From Iphione sp. A-MEVVRFRX5 (lineage: Eukaryota): 64,000 nucleotides of DNA. Position numbers and translations under genes: made by a program. Under the pieces are notes generated by a model. It was given only the letters and a program-made list of their open reading frames with translations. It ran no database searches and had not been told where the DNA came from. Where the stretch lies: positions 147,188,001 to 147,252,000 of the forward strand of contig OZ320313.1 of the NCBI GenBank assembly GCA_976226885.1. Direction: 5' to 3'. This document shows, one piece after another, positions 1-14,819 of the stretch; within the stretch, counting starts at the first letter, position 1, and each line of letters begins with the position of its first letter.

Positions 1-1509
1 GAATATGATGGACTCTAATGGGTATGATGTCAAAACAGTCGTGTCTCTCCTAATGGCTATCTTCCTGCTTCAGTCATGGTCTGTTAGTGGTCAGACTCAG
101 CGTGGAATTGATGGAAACGAAGGTTCCTTTCAGCGGTCGTCTCTGTTAATCGTCAGAATTAGGTTTGAACCACAGGTGCCTATTGTGGAGAGGCTCCAGG
201 GTATATTGGGGTAGGTGGGATCAGGTCTCATTTTAATACTCAGATGACTGATCAAGGCAAGCTAGCAGATCAAGCAACAACCTACGGACAACATGGCCTA
301 CAGCCTTTCCACACTCCTCACATGTCACCCACCTAACTCCCGTGTATACAATACCTAAGAAAAAAAGAATTAGAAATAGTAATATCCAAAAACGAACATT
401 TTTTCTTGAAGATGTAGGGAAAAATCGTCGTAACTCAATAAACTAAGATGAGCTGTTAACTCTGCATAAGCAACATGAAACAGAGGGATCTCTGCCACAA
501 CTCCTTAGAGTATCCTATTAGGGGGCTGTTAGGACCACCAGAGTTCTAATTTTGTTATGCAGATTACATGCATACCTGTATGCTGGTGTCACTTTGATTT
601 TGCTTCTGCTTCATCTGCCATAATGATCTGAAAGCCAAGTCGTCACACTGATTTATCAACGATGCCACGAATCATAATTAACCACCGACGGGCATGACAA
701 CGTTCAGCGCCAGCGGTTAACGAATAACAGGCTGTACACTTCCCAGGTCCAACCTTGCAGTACCTCACAAAACGAAGATACCAACCGTAAATGTCAACCT
801 GCTTAGATGTGCATTGTAAAAACATACCGAGAACGTGTTGTCAGGTAAAGGCTGCATAATCCTTTCGTGGAGCAGTATTCCAGCGATCTAGAGCGATATC
901 GTGCTTTTCGGGAGGTGAATATAAGATTATATTTTCCTGGGATTACCAGCAGGAAGATGATTGTACATGTTGCAATGGGATGGTCACGTGGCGGGTGAAG
1001 TGGTTGCTCTAAATAGTCATTCAGGAAATGTGACTCACTTTTTTCAAAATTAAAACGCCGCCTACTATCTTTCTCTCATTGAACCAATGTGCCCCGCCCA
1101 TTCCCAAAGTACTTTTCAACGAACACAGACGTAATGCACGTGATCAAGATCAGTGAGTGACATCAGATTATTCAGAACAGACATCTGATGTTTTCATTTC
1201 AGGCAGTTAGCACCATTGGAAAATTATTTTTGGTGTTTGTACATGTAGTACTGTAGGGCATTCAACCGTCAATAATTAACCAACTGATGACCGACAAAAC
1301 TCTTTCCAACCTTATTAAAGGAAACCAGCATCCGTATTTCTTAAATATACTGCCCTGCATCTCTTCATCGAAACTTCATGTATACATTTGACAATATTAG
1401 CTGCAATAGGGTACAGTCGATCACATATTTTTGCAGCGGATCTGATATTTGGACGATTGTTCTCGATAGCTGAATTGAACAGCATTTAAATCAAGCTTTG
1501 GTAGTGCTG

Positions 1510-1512
<3 letters not shown>

Positions 1513-1560
<48 letters not shown>

Positions 1561-1609
1561 GGAGAAAGGGAGGGGGGAGACGGAGAGAAGAGAGAGAGAA
1601 AAGGGAGAG
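1513..1609. repeat. (AG)n microsatellite with a degenerate polypurine tail
   Basis: About 20 perfect AG units followed by a purine-rich extension. Confidence 0.95.
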
Positions 1610-4600
1610 TGTATGGTTGTGTCTGTGCATACATGTGTGTATAACCTATATTCAAGGATCCATTCAATTATATCATCTCGCAGATGTTTATCTCACCGTG
1701 GACAGGACACAGGAGATAGGTCGTCTCACACACAGCTCTGTACTGGTCCGTATGACCTGAACGGCCCGATCTCCGACGAGTTTATTCCTCCTGCGCTTCC
1801 GCAGATCTGGAGAGTCAACGCAGCATGCTGGAGGAGTCTCCTCCAGGGACAGGGGCTGATGGGGTGGACCCTTCCCCTTGGAGGACTTGAGGGCACTGTA
1901 GCGCGGTCCCAGTCTCTCCAGTGCCATAACGCCGCCACCTCCAGGGTGCTCCGACTGGTCCCAGGATAGTCTGGCCGAAGTGTGGCAGGACAAGCTTCAC
2001 TGCTTTAAGGAAATGCAAGGCCTGGTGGAAATGTGGGTGTGGATCGCCTTATCGCTGACTTCACACCGATGAAAAAGGGCCGAGGGAAAACTACGAGGCC
2101 CTTGTCGGTTACAAGCCCAAGCTCTAGAACGTTCTGCATTTCGTTCGGTGGATTCAAATAGATGTAGACAACGGTGTTACCTTGGTTTGAGGACGATACG
2201 TGCTGTGGCGCAATATTGTCTTCACTGTTAGCTTTCAACTGTCAACCATTTCAGCAATTAAGTGTTAGATATATATACTGTATCCTCTGTACACTGTACA
2301 TGTACAGCTACGCGTCCAAAGGTTCTGCTTGCGCCTTGAGTTCCGGCTATAACTATGAGGATGCGTAACGCGGAGGGCCATAGTATAGCATGCATAATAG
2401 ACGTGCATAAACATGTATATGGTGGTAGTAGGGGTACTTATGAACATAAATATGTGTAGCCTACATCAAGCGCCCGCGCACCGGCTTGTCCAAAGAGGTC
2501 AGTCCTTTAAGCGTGCGCATGTCCTCGTGTAACAGTGCAAGCGACATTCCGAGAAGAGTGAAGCCCCTATAACGAATAAACCGGGATCCAGGTACGTTAT
2601 TCTACTTACTGGCGTACACAAGCCCACACGTCAATGGATGGATTTCTCAACACAACGCAATTCAGTCACGCGCATTTGGACTATCGCATGTGTATGTTCC
2701 TTATGGGTGAAGAGCGTGCCGGGAAGGGGAGGGTGTATTCGAATATACGCACTGACCTACTGGAGATCTAGCCAGGTGATCATATAAGAATCAAATCCAC
2801 CATACTCCGATCGGCGTGCTAATCGTTGTCGGACACTCAGGACGGCGACGCCTTTCCCATGTAAGGGAGCCCAACGAAAAAAAACCATCTGAGAATATTC
2901 TTACCCGAGATTTCAAAACACACACTAGAATGAAAAGCCCGGAAGTAAAATGCCCCCACTTGTAATAGTATACGGTACACGCATCGGTGCCTATATCACC
3001 TTACATTTGGTTTTGTCGCCAGCGCACGAGACGTATTGGATAAAGTAAACAGTTGTTAAGTGTTTACTAATATGTCTGGGTAGGTGTACATCGACCTACC
3101 ATGCAATGCGTTTACTGTTCGACACACCATCCTTGTTCGCAGTAATAACAAGATGAAGACATTGAAAAAATGTTGATATATGGTATGATAATACATCACG
3201 GGATCGGTCATTTTAGCCATACGTGATTCTGACCCACTGCTGTCTGATGTCGATCATATGAATGGAATGTTTCTGTATTCAAAACGTACACAGCGACGCC
3301 ATGTCCTCCGTATCAGGGGACGCGATAAAGACCCACCCATGTCCTCTGGCGTGTACAGCAGACCGTCTTAAAGATAACGATGAGAGCATGTACGATATCC
3401 TGTGTCCCAATCAAATGGTCCCTCGCCGCGGAACACTCAGTAATAGAGGAGAGCCGACAATCAGTCGGTGTGACGTATATCCAGCCGAGATTCTGCCGGT
3501 CGGCTGAAGAACTGACTTGGACCATAACTTTCGCGGAGATCATACCTCTGCTGCTGTTAGGGGGAAGGGAGTGCAGTAGGCGGGTGCAGGGAGAATCCCC
3601 GAGTATCAACAGGGAAGATTTACTCACAGGACATTTTTCTCGGCAGGCAGTTGCTGGAAGATTTACAATGACAACTCCCCAACAGGTAGTACCCTGCCCT
3701 ATCCACGTGGCCCTCATATCTAATGTTTATCATCCGTTATATTACACGTACTGTATCTGTAGGGGAAACCATAAACTGGGTAGAGAAGACATTATACCAA
3801 CTCGAAATGCATCTAATAAACAAACGCGGGTATAGCAGTCGAATCTAATAGCGCTTCTGATTTACCTTAGTTGATTCTATGCTATTATTGCATCAACGAT
3901 TTCAACTTGAATAGTTGCCTTCTCGCTGGATAAATATTTGGCTCTGATCGATGTTTGTTGTGCATTCAGTTATAGTAATGGTATAATAGCAGTTGTATGC
4001 GCTGGACTTTGAAGTAAGAAATGAATCTCCTTTACGACGACCACAAGTTATACATATACTAAGCACCATTACATACAAACTGATAAGTTGGCAAATATTA
4101 TGTTACTGCACAGCAGTCTCTGACATAGTCTATTCAGTAACAATGCAATGCAATGGGAATTCGTTATGCAAACAGGTTGCGTTTCAGACGAAAGGGTTCG
4201 GATAAAAGGTTCGTTCAGCAAAGGTATCGTGACCACCTCTAAGTCTCTATCACTGGATAAGGGTCTTCTTTATGAATTATATACATGTACAAGAAATCGA
4301 TTTATTTTCAGATTTTTCGCTTTGTAAAATTGCATTGTCATATGGATCAGGTATGGCACGAATATGATGAGTTGATGACGATAATAGACCTGTGAGCAGT
4401 CCACTATACAATAATGATATTTACCACACAAATTGTAATGTAGCTGAAAAATAATACCATCTATAACCTGGGCATAGTGCAATATCGTATTGGGGATGTG
4501 CCCGCCATCCGCTAGTTCCTCACCACATGGTGCGAGTATGAGCTAAGAATAGACATCAGGGTTGATTGTTATTGCGTAATCTGGTGTCTAGGTATTGCAT

Positions 4601-4696
4601 AATAGTGATCACATGGCTACTCTGGTAACCACTATGGTAATCTTACAGGAGCAACTACAGGAGCAACCAATCAGGAGGTTGCAGGGGTTACTTTTG

Positions 4697-4808
4697 GCAA
4701 CCGTCTAGACAGAATGTCTAGACAGTGTCTATTTTCAGAGCAGGAGTCAGACATATGTCTGGAGCTTTACTATTTTTAGCAGCAGGTCCAGACGGTTGTC
4801 TAGACAGT
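4697..4808. repeat. Short fold-back repeat built from GTCTAGAC palindromes
   Basis: caaccgtctagac (4698-4710) is inverted against gtccagacggttg (4786-4798) with one mismatch. Further gtctagac copies lie inside and beside it. Confidence 0.55.
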
Positions 4809-7800
4809 CAAAGTGTCATATGACTTATGAACAGGAGTATATAAAGATGCACTTTTTCCTGTAATAAACAGTTATTCTCTCAACTGCACTCAGAGAGAGC
4901 ACCATTCCAGCAGGCTAAATTTCTGCATTTTGAGTGAACCATATTCTAAAATCACTGTCATTATTTCTTGTGGCCTTCCTTGTCAGAGACCAAGCTCACA
5001 TTACAATATAAATCCATTGACCCACTCACCTCATATGTACTCTAATTTCATCCATCCTTATAGAAAACTCTCTTTTTCTTTTTTTCTATTTTCCTCTATA
5101 ATGTATGGTTTCCCTAAAGTACGACTAGTTTCCTTTTGGTTGACTTAACTTGTCTGCACTCTCCATCTGATATGTCAGGTAACTTGTGCTATATCTGGAT
5201 CTCTAAGGCCATTGCAGCCTATTATATTCCAGAAGAAATAAACTTTCAAAAATATACTTGAACCGCATGCGAACCTCTCGTCCCAGTGGTAACCTCTGGT
5301 AACTGTAACAATCACTGATCAGCTCAGCTGCTGCACCAACTTTCAAGTTCCTCTTACGGTTTGATAATTACTAATAGCAGCGACAAGAGAATTCAAATAG
5401 CAGTTTAGACACTGTTATGGTTCAAAGCCAACAATACAATAAGAGAAAGAAACATCCTCATATACGTTACGACCACTCCCGGTGAATAACTTGACAAGCT
5501 GTTTTAGTAACAAGCGGGAGCTCCATTCAATGAGAGCCAAGATGTACATGAACTGCTGTTTCGCCTGGCCACCCGCTATATAATGAACCATACACCAGGC
5601 ACATGGCTGGTGGAGAGCCCCCAGTGGAGGACCTCGCAGCAGCTACTAAGCCCTCATCTTATAAAATGTATATCTCAATGGCCCACATAAAAGGAACATT
5701 CCAATGATTTCCGGGGCTAGTATATGTCTTTATGTAATAGGCAATAGAAAAGCCTGGTACACTTGGTAAGATGGCTCAAAGATCGGAGGGTCGGACTAAT
5801 GCAATCCTGCCCAATGTGAGTGAAGGAAAAAATACCAGCCTCAAATTGAAAAATATAAGTAAAGAACCAGATGTTCCTGAAAGACTACAACGGAACGCTT
5901 TAGTATAATTTGATAATGGCGGGTATCGTAACTGGCCTAGACAACTGGGTAAATTAGAAAGCTCTGTACCCCTGAAAGGGTGCAGGGGAGAGGTCGACGG
6001 CGCCCCCGGTGATAGTAAAGCACCATTAGAGCGAGGCGCAACGCATTGCTGGATTTAGATAAGAAAATAGACAAAAACTGGCTTCGTTTTGCATCGAGTG
6101 TGGCTCTATATTATTGAATGCCTCCATAAGCCTAGATTTTATTAGAAAATATCAATGCACAATTCTGATAGATACCTCAATTTAGATACAGCGACATCCA
6201 AAAGTACTTAATTAACTCACAAATGAAACAACATTTGGATTCGCAGGAAGGTTATTTGCTAAACCCTCGAACTCCTTGAAGCGATGGGTATGGCAGTGAT
6301 TGCTAATCTGGCCTGTAATTTCACCAGTCAGATTATAATTTGCATTCATACAGCTATCTGCATCTGCTTTCCCGTAAACCTGATCCTCCATCTGACACAA
6401 TATCGACGTAGAACATGCTGATGCCGGTATCACTCTAATGAAATAATTGCATGAATATCTGAAGGTTACTTGCGTTGACACAGTTTTCACTACTGCAGTG
6501 CATTATCTATTTGTTTTATGCTTGATATCTCAGTATCTATACGGTCATATGCCACCTTGCGAAGAGACAACAATGCTGACACGACTAGCTGGTGGATAGA
6601 TGGACTTCAGAACCGAATTATTTTAATACAATGGAAGATCATAAAGCAGAAATGACCGCCTTGTAGACAGTTGCGGCATAACACCCCACACCTATCTGTA
6701 ATGTGGCATTCCACTGAACGTCTACAGCAGATCTAGTAGATGTTCTGGTTGCAGTTGACAGATATGTGTAGCGACATCACCATGTTTACCCCAGTAGATG
6801 CCCTTAAAGATCTCTGCAGCCTTGTCTAAGATGACAGCTGTCGCACGTCTGACCGCAGTGTTGGGACAGCTTCCTGCCATATGCATAAAAAGCCTCTGTC
6901 TAGCCGTACCTCCCCCCTTGAGTTGCAGGGCGCTAGGAATGCGGTTGTCTCAGACAACTGCTTTCCGATTCTCCATCCAGACGTTGTTCTCTTCATAACT
7001 TCATCTCTATCTGGTCTAGCTCATTGATATTTTGAACTAGATTCTCCATTATAGACATTTCTTCCATGTACAGGCCAGGGACCAAAGATAGTTCCAATCT
7101 ACTGGTCGATATTAAATGCCAATTGTTCACTAAAGAGACTGCCCAAAACTTCAATATAAAGCTGTGTCTCATCTTATTCCTCGTTCAGTTAATCCTTAGC
7201 TGGGGAAACCAAAATATCTAACAGTAATATGTCTGTGGTGTTTATATCTACATGCATGGCACTGCTGGCCTGTTGCTGACAATAGAGTAATAGATATATG
7301 TGATTATTGCAGTAGAATCTCTTAATTGAGACACTTTTTAATCAGGACATCTCACATTATTGACAATCAAGAGGAAAAACTAAGTGTAACAAGAGTGTGG
7401 ACCTCTAAGGTCTATTGTACCCCACCTAAGTGGCCATTTCATTGTTGATTGCATCTCTCTTGGGCAGACTGCTATGTAGCAAGTTAGTGCTGGTAGAAGG
7501 GGTGTATTGAGGAGTGCATGTGTATGTGTGTGAGTGCATTGTCAGACCTAGGAATCCCATAGAAATGTATGTATGTTTATGGGCATGGTAGCAAAAGAGT
7601 AAATTTAGATAATTTCACCTTTGGAGTACTAGAATTACTAGCAAAATCAACCAGTTCCATGGGTTCATATACATAAATATTACATATCAAAATCAGTTAA
7701 TTTGACTTAAGTATTTTAGAGTTATAAGACCCATAATAGTACAACAGAAGGTCAGACAGTTGGACAACAGTATTCCTAAGGTCCCCTCCCTCTCTCTTAG

Positions 7801-9575
7801 GTGGGTGATAAGAATCCATTTTAATACTCCTGATGTTCCGGACATCCGGCTTTGTGGACAGTTTTTACTCAGTCTCTTTGCTTTCTGCATTAGAGAGAGT
7901 GTATATATATACATGTATATAGTGTGTAATGCATGAAGCATGGAAAATCGGATAGTGTGTTATATTTTGTGTACTTCGGACTCAAGCCCATGAAGTACCA
8001 AAGTGAACATGGACATCGAACACAAAGTGACTTGCGGAAGTACATCATATAATCACATGTATAGTGAAATGTAGAAAATTGCTATAACATTAGTGAATTA
8101 AATTGGAACTTAACGAACGTATGTATAATCGACCCATCGCTGAACAGTGAAACGTGGTCTGCAGCTAAGATTTAAAGCCGTCAGCAATCAGAGCAGTACA
8201 GGGTAATTCTATCAAATGCCCTAGTCTCCCCACGACGTGGCAATTATAACGTTTCCCACTACGCCACAGCGATTAATACGCACACTCTGGCAGACAGCAA
8301 GATACAGATAAACATATCAAGCATTCATAGACAGCATTAGCATTACACATTACAGACTAATGAGATAAAAAGTCGGAGTCTTACAGTCTAGGCTCTTAAT
8401 GATAGTATACTACCTCCTGTTATCTGCCGTGAGATGTTTATATGGTTAAAGCTAAATCACTCCTTGGATAATTCTGGTCATTTAAGACTTAAATCCTTAT
8501 AGATAAATCCACCGCCGTTGGCCATAAATTCGTCCCAGCAATCTCACGAGGCGCCTGCGTCCATATGCAATCTGACTAAAAGAGGTTTAATGCTTCGGGG
8601 TTGATACTCTTAGCTTTGGCTTCTGAATAAAGTTGTCTTAGAAACTACATCTGCCCACTACCCGATGTTAATCGTATGCTAAGAACAGCCGATACTTTTT
8701 AATACCTCTTGACAGTTACATGAACATCTGTTACCTACGGCAGGAAAATGTGAGTCCTGAGGCTCCTCATTATACATGTATATGCACGACATGTGGTCCT
8801 CGGGGCCCCCAGTAAAGCTGACCTGCGGGTCCGGTTTCTATCTGTATACTCTCTGTATGACAGTCTCCCCATTTCTCTTGTTTATTTTACATACTCATCG
8901 GTGATGTGATGACGAACGAAGGAACCCGTGAGGCTTTCTTCTCCCCTCGGGGTTTCCCTCGTCCGATGAGAAAAATAGGGGAACATGCTTCTATAATGAA
9001 CATTTTTAAGCACCATAAACACGACTCACGTAATCATCATGATATTTAAATGCATAGAAGTACAAAATGATTCGTATCATTTATACTAATAGGAATAGAT
9101 TTACTTCGCCGTAGAGGCATGATAGAACCGTGTACCTTTACAATATATTGCCTTCACTGATATACGGCATTTGCACCATGTAATTGACCCATCGCCGAGG
9201 TGTCAGACACTGCGCTATAATTCAATATTTGTGACATCATGATAGACTTTAAACCAATGAAAACATAATTTCGTGACCTTCTGAGAATATGTCGAGGTAC
9301 TACCTAATATGGAGTCGTAACGTATTTTACAGCATTCCAACGAAACATAAATTGTATATTTCTTCTGCTTTTATTTTGGGTCGGTACTGAATTATGAGGC
9401 TACATAGCCTTGATGCAGCCAACACGGAGGTTTCCTGACAGCTGAAGTAGAGCACGGCAGTGCACCTGGTAGCAGTCGCATCAGGGCGTTCCGCCCTAAG
9501 ATGCATGACTACCTATGGTCACGTGACCAGCATCGACCTCTTATATGCTGTTACAAATTCTTTACAATAATATCT

Positions 9576-9584
9576 AGAGAAGGG

Positions 9585-9661
<77 letters not shown>
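9576..9661. repeat. (GA)n microsatellite
   Basis: A long, nearly perfect GA run. It is followed by a 2 x 19-bp tandem duplication (gttaaataaaYtcattgac) at 9661-9698. Confidence 0.95.
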
Positions 9662-9663
<2 letters not shown>

Positions 9664-10416
9664 AAATAAACTCATTGACGTTAAATAAATTCATTGACGT
9701 TTGGTCAGCCGATGGGTGGCGACTTGGGCATCGTCCGCTTGTTTCTCTGCACCGAAAAATCTCTTTAGAGTGAAAATATTATTCGAAGAAACAGTTAGAG
9801 GGCAGTGCTCTTTCTTTCTTAAAGGAGCTAAACACGATCAAGTTAGGAGGTTTCTCTTCTTCATGTAAGGGTTTCATTCAGTATAGTTTTTACTGCAAGA
9901 ACAATTATAGCTACTGGGCGGCTTTGCACACCACTTTGACTAACGTTTTTACTCCTGTAGCAGAGGCCTTAGGGTAGATTTTATCGTTAGGAACCTTTTC
10001 CTTCCCTTTTCCATAAACGTATTTCTCGCATTTGACACCTTGGTGCTTTATTCAGCAAACAAGACAAACCTACTTCTCAGGCGAACATGGTTATTTCTAT
10101 ACGTATAAATAACCAGGGTCTGGTGTCTAGGTTTGAGACTTGACGAACTTCGCCCTGAGGGGTCGGGGGAAAGGAGGCAAGTTAGCCTCAGATTCCAGAT
10201 CGGCATCTACCACCTATGGGGACGACCATCCGACGGTGGGTAAAGCATTGGTCGATCAGTTTTTCCACAATCCGACAACCAGTCTGAGCAGTGGGCATGA
10301 ATTCATTTCTGGCTTGCTGGCAACGTTTGCTCCTATATTTCTGCTGAATAATCGCCTTTTCTATCCAAGGTATTCTTATATCATCACACCGAAAATTTAA
10401 TAACAAGTGACGACGA

Positions 10417-10866
10417 TAAGGCCTAACAAAATATTGGCATTTCCAGTAACGCAACCTACCCTGATGATTCTCCATAAACACTTTCTTTTAAAAAACAATC
10501 GCTTTGCCTATAATTTCATGGTAAATAATGCTAGAGATCCATACTATACACTATTGTTGCCCTCCTTAGGCCCTTTGGCTTTAGTATGGTCTCAGTTTCA
10601 GGAAAATTCCAGCAGTTTAAAAGGCAGTAGGCTTTGAAGACACCGTAGCATTCGCAATGTCATAAAGGTTAAATTGAACAATATTGATTTACATTCACAA
10701 CAGGGTCGGATGACCCACACATTGTAAACAGCTATCTGAAGTTGAAAAAAAACAAGATTCTCCCTTGACGTATTAGGATCCATTGACAATGGAAATTTAA
10801 AAAAAAACACCTACCTACCGACCCTGATATTCTTTAGCAAGTTACAGGAAACTCAGTTAGGCCTTA
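10417..10866. mobile_element. MITE (about 450 bp) with related TA|AGGCC termini
   Basis: Perfect 11-bp inverted ends (taaggcctaac / gttaggcctta) followed by shared tttccWgtaac. A subterminal cctaccc/cctaccgaccc motif resembles those in the two copies above. Confidence 0.7.
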
Positions 10867-13800
10867 TAATACATATAATAACTAAACAACGTTACCTAAA
10901 TCATTTTTCTTAGGCATACAGCCATGATCTTCCAGATCAAACAAACAACGAAAGGTATGTTAACGGGGGGATATGTTACAGTACAAATCGACATTGATTG
11001 GGCCTCTAACAACGATTAGCCAAAGTTTACATGCCCCCACATATTAATAAGCAACATTTTCTAAAGATACAGAAATAAACTGGTTCATGGTCCGGGCAAG
11101 GATCAAGTCATTTCATCTGGCAAGTGCAACACTTCAATCTGTCGTGTTATTTGCCGTTGCCACAATGCTGGGAAGCTTACCGACTGCCTTAATGCACATG
11201 GGAATACTGTGGTTCTGTAGACCTTCAGCCCATCAGGAACCACTGAACCGATTACATACACGTTTCTAATGTTCCAGTCTTGAAAAATGTTCAACCTTAT
11301 TCAAAGGTGGATGACTCAACCCGTATGTAAGAGCTCACCGTAGGACAATGGGCTTAATACACGACCGTGTGTGGGGGGAGGGGGCTAGCTTCATTACATA
11401 AACTACTCTGCTTAAAAACCCTCACATGCTAAATAGCCTGAGTGTATACACTACAAATACTCCTTAGTGCATGTATATACACACAGCAAGTTTACATCGA
11501 TATACACATTCTCCACTTCAATGCATTTTGTGAATTATCTGGCTGGCAAAAGCGCAACCATTAGGATCTGTCACCCATTGCCCGGATTTCCTACCAATGC
11601 TAATACGATCTATGTGACCACTGGCGAAGATATTCCATACAATCACCTACAGAACAAAAAAACACAAAATGCGTAGATGACACAGCGAAGTTTTGCATCA
11701 CGCATTATGGTATGCATACACATGTAGATAGTGTAGTATCATCAAACCTTCAATTAGTTCATTTGGCACCATTATCATCACCAATCGTATTAAAACAGCC
11801 GCATGGATTCCAGACGGTCTGTGTTTTAATTAGTTTAATACTTTCGAAGGCACAGTTGTTAATTGGCCAAATAAAGATGTTCTCTCCTAAATTATGGCAC
11901 TTCCTTAAAATCCTGTGCAGGGTTTAGTTGGCGAATCATTTAAACCAATCCAAAACCGGTGCCCATTTATTCTACGTAAATAAACTGTTTATTGCGCCTG
12001 TCTGAATATTAGTTAAGAGAAACTAATAGCTTAAGTGCAAAGGAAATCACCTTCTTGGCTACGTAGAAGGCTACGTAGCACCCATCATAGTAACATCGAC
12101 AGGGCAACGGCCTACTTAATCGAAACGATCATCACTCTTATTGTAGCTTTCGTTTCGTTACACTGCCGTGCTGACAACTTCCTTGGTACTGACTTCCGGT
12201 TCGGGAGTCAGTCGAGAAAATCCATCCCCGCCATCTATTCAGAAGGAGATTACACTGTAAGGGACCGACTGGGACCTTACGCCCGGCAGAGCAGTGTCTC
12301 CCGACTGACGCAAACCCTTTGAAACGTAAAAAAAATCTGCACTATTCGAAGCTGTTTCGGATCCTTGTCGTTGTTAACTCCTTTCACCAAAAACTACCGT
12401 TTTTCTTATCCCTTTGGGAAGATGCGTTTATTTGTAAAACACTCGTACACAAAGGGGACATGTCGGAACTTTGAAAAAATGTGTTCTCATTGTATTACAG
12501 TCTAACCAAGTGGTGAAACAAAAGCGAAGGACCTGAAACAGGACATGAAAAACAGTCCAGAAACGTCGGATGCGAAATCATGGATGTTTCCTTCCTTCTG
12601 AAAACCGCAATCCAGCTATGAGTTTTGCCTTCAAAGCCGGGCGATAATTTGTGAAATAATCGCTCCTCTCTTCGTACATATGAGATTTTGACATTGACTT
12701 TCTCTAAGAAAGTCGCTAAGGTAAACAAGTGCAATTTACTAGGCTATCTAACTGATGATAGGCTATGCTGGATGGCAATGATTCAGGATATAAGAAAGCG
12801 TGTAAGACTAAGAATGCACTATCTATCAAAATTAACTAATATTTTTGCTACCATGTAGAGACCGGATTCGCCTCTTAAAGACACTTATTGTTATTCAACC
12901 ACTGTTTGCCTATTAACACTAAAACTCGACAGAAGGGTCGTAATTTGGTGGCTTTGTAGTGAATATGGACGTTTCGAACATCCGTTAGAACTTCGTATAT
13001 GATATATAGATGGATGCTTCTGTGATCGTAGTTAATTCCACTGGTAAGTAAGGTCGCTAGCAATGCGGGTATATCTTGAACCAACAGACGCCTAACTTCA
13101 TTTGATAACGGTGCAAACACTTATCATGAACCCACGTATCTCGATGGACGTGCCAACGGTAACACCTCGGGATAGTCTTGTGTGCCAAAAACAAACCAAC
13201 CGAGAAGGGCCAGATTAATTAAGTAACGTGGTTGATGTATATCTCTTGCAGCGTTTGCAGCAACTCTAGGTCCGGGTGACTGCGAAAAGGCAACCGGGGA
13301 AGGGGGTCGTACGGCGTTTCGTTTGAGTCATGATGCCTCAAAACCGCACCCACCAGATGAGAAGCTCACTGACATGCAAAGCGGATTAGTGGAGGCACAA
13401 GCCCCTCCCAAGACTGCTGATCCCCTGATGATTTATAAAGAGCCACCCCCACCCACCACAGAAGGCTGGGTGTCTCTCTGTGCAACACATTCGCGATCCA
13501 TATCGCATGACATACCTGCGAAACAGACGACCGTAAATATCCCGCTCAGCCTCCCATTTATTACGAACATTGAGCTAATAGGGAGCAACGCATACATCTT
13601 TCTGTATGTATGGTCGACGGCTGAGCGTCTCGCGGGGAAATACCCATCAGAAGCCTTTACAGCCTGTTCCCCCGAGCGTCCAACATATTTTAATGGTGGA
13701 TACTTGGCAGCATTCATGTACTGCGCCCTTTCGCGTAAAACTATAAAAGCGTTAAAATAAACAAAACCTTGCCATATGAACGCGAACATTCTCAAATGAA

Positions 13801-14576
13801 GAACTCGACTGCTCCACGATGTCGTGTAGTATTGTCATGGTAGACAGATGGCGCCACTTCAGTTGCATTCGTCTCCATCATAATATAACGTCCTGCAGAT
13901 CGGGTGACACACCTGCTCACATTTCTATTGTTGACGTCACGAGCGACTCTCCGTCGCAAACATTTACTTGCCGCCTTTTTCTTCATAAGCTCCGGCAGTA
14001 AGTATGCGTTCCGTGAAATTACCTGCGCAAAAATCGTCTGCTGCAACAGTCGATAACAGACGGCCATTTCATAAACAACAATTGACGACGGGTATTGATG
14101 CGCGCGATGGACGGGGCAGGTGCGTCGCAGGACACTACTCTCTCGCTAACCAATACTTTAACATCTGTATTAGTCTATTCATAGAATAAAAGAACAAATA
14201 TACATTACATGTACACAATTGTAAAATGATTCATGACTGAGCTCCAATTAATGATAGGAATAGACACCTTATCGCCTTCGTGGGCAATAACGCATGGAAA
14301 GTATTTTAAGACTACGTGAAGATGTTTCGTGTGAAATTGGTTAACCAATGATGGTTTACGGCAATCTGTAAAATAAAATATTTAAGTTTACACCTCTAGA
14401 AGATTCTATTTCTTGACTGAGGTAAAAATGGCCCATGTCCAGCCTATCAAGTGGGTGGTCATTTTGGTCTCTCCTTATACAGACAGATAAGATAAGCCGT
14501 TAGGGGGTTGATATATTGATATATACCTCCGATACACGAGGACGCTTGGTAACTGCCATCGGATGCTAACCTAATA

Positions 14577-14819
14577 TTACCTCAGCACATTCCTGAGGCC
14601 ACCGACCCAGCCATCAGTCAACGCCATAAGCACATCATCCACGATCGAGATCCATCTCCAAGGAGGGTTTGATACCGCAGGCCCCACTGCGGGACCGAGC
14701 AGGGCGCCCTGCGGAGTAGTGAGATTAAATTTTCTGGGTGTGCTGAGGCTGAAGTCGCGGGTCGCCATGCGGCATCTTGGGGCACGCGCAGAGAGCGTCA
14801 TAATGCAAGTCGTTGGCAC
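14577..14819 (-). mobile_element. Possible non-LTR (LINE) reverse-transcriptase remnant
   Basis: PQGALLGP...WRWISIVDDV resembles the PQGxxLGP and (Y/F)xDD motifs of CR1/L2-like RTs. The spacing is about 7-10 residues short and the flanks are unrecognisable. Confidence 0.3.

Noticed and set aside
3262-3835. Overlapping ORFs with RCDVYPAEI (Ig-C1-like) and GRFTMT (Ig-V-like) words
   Set aside because: The motifs lie in different frames, lack the required Cys/Trp framework and have no splice support.
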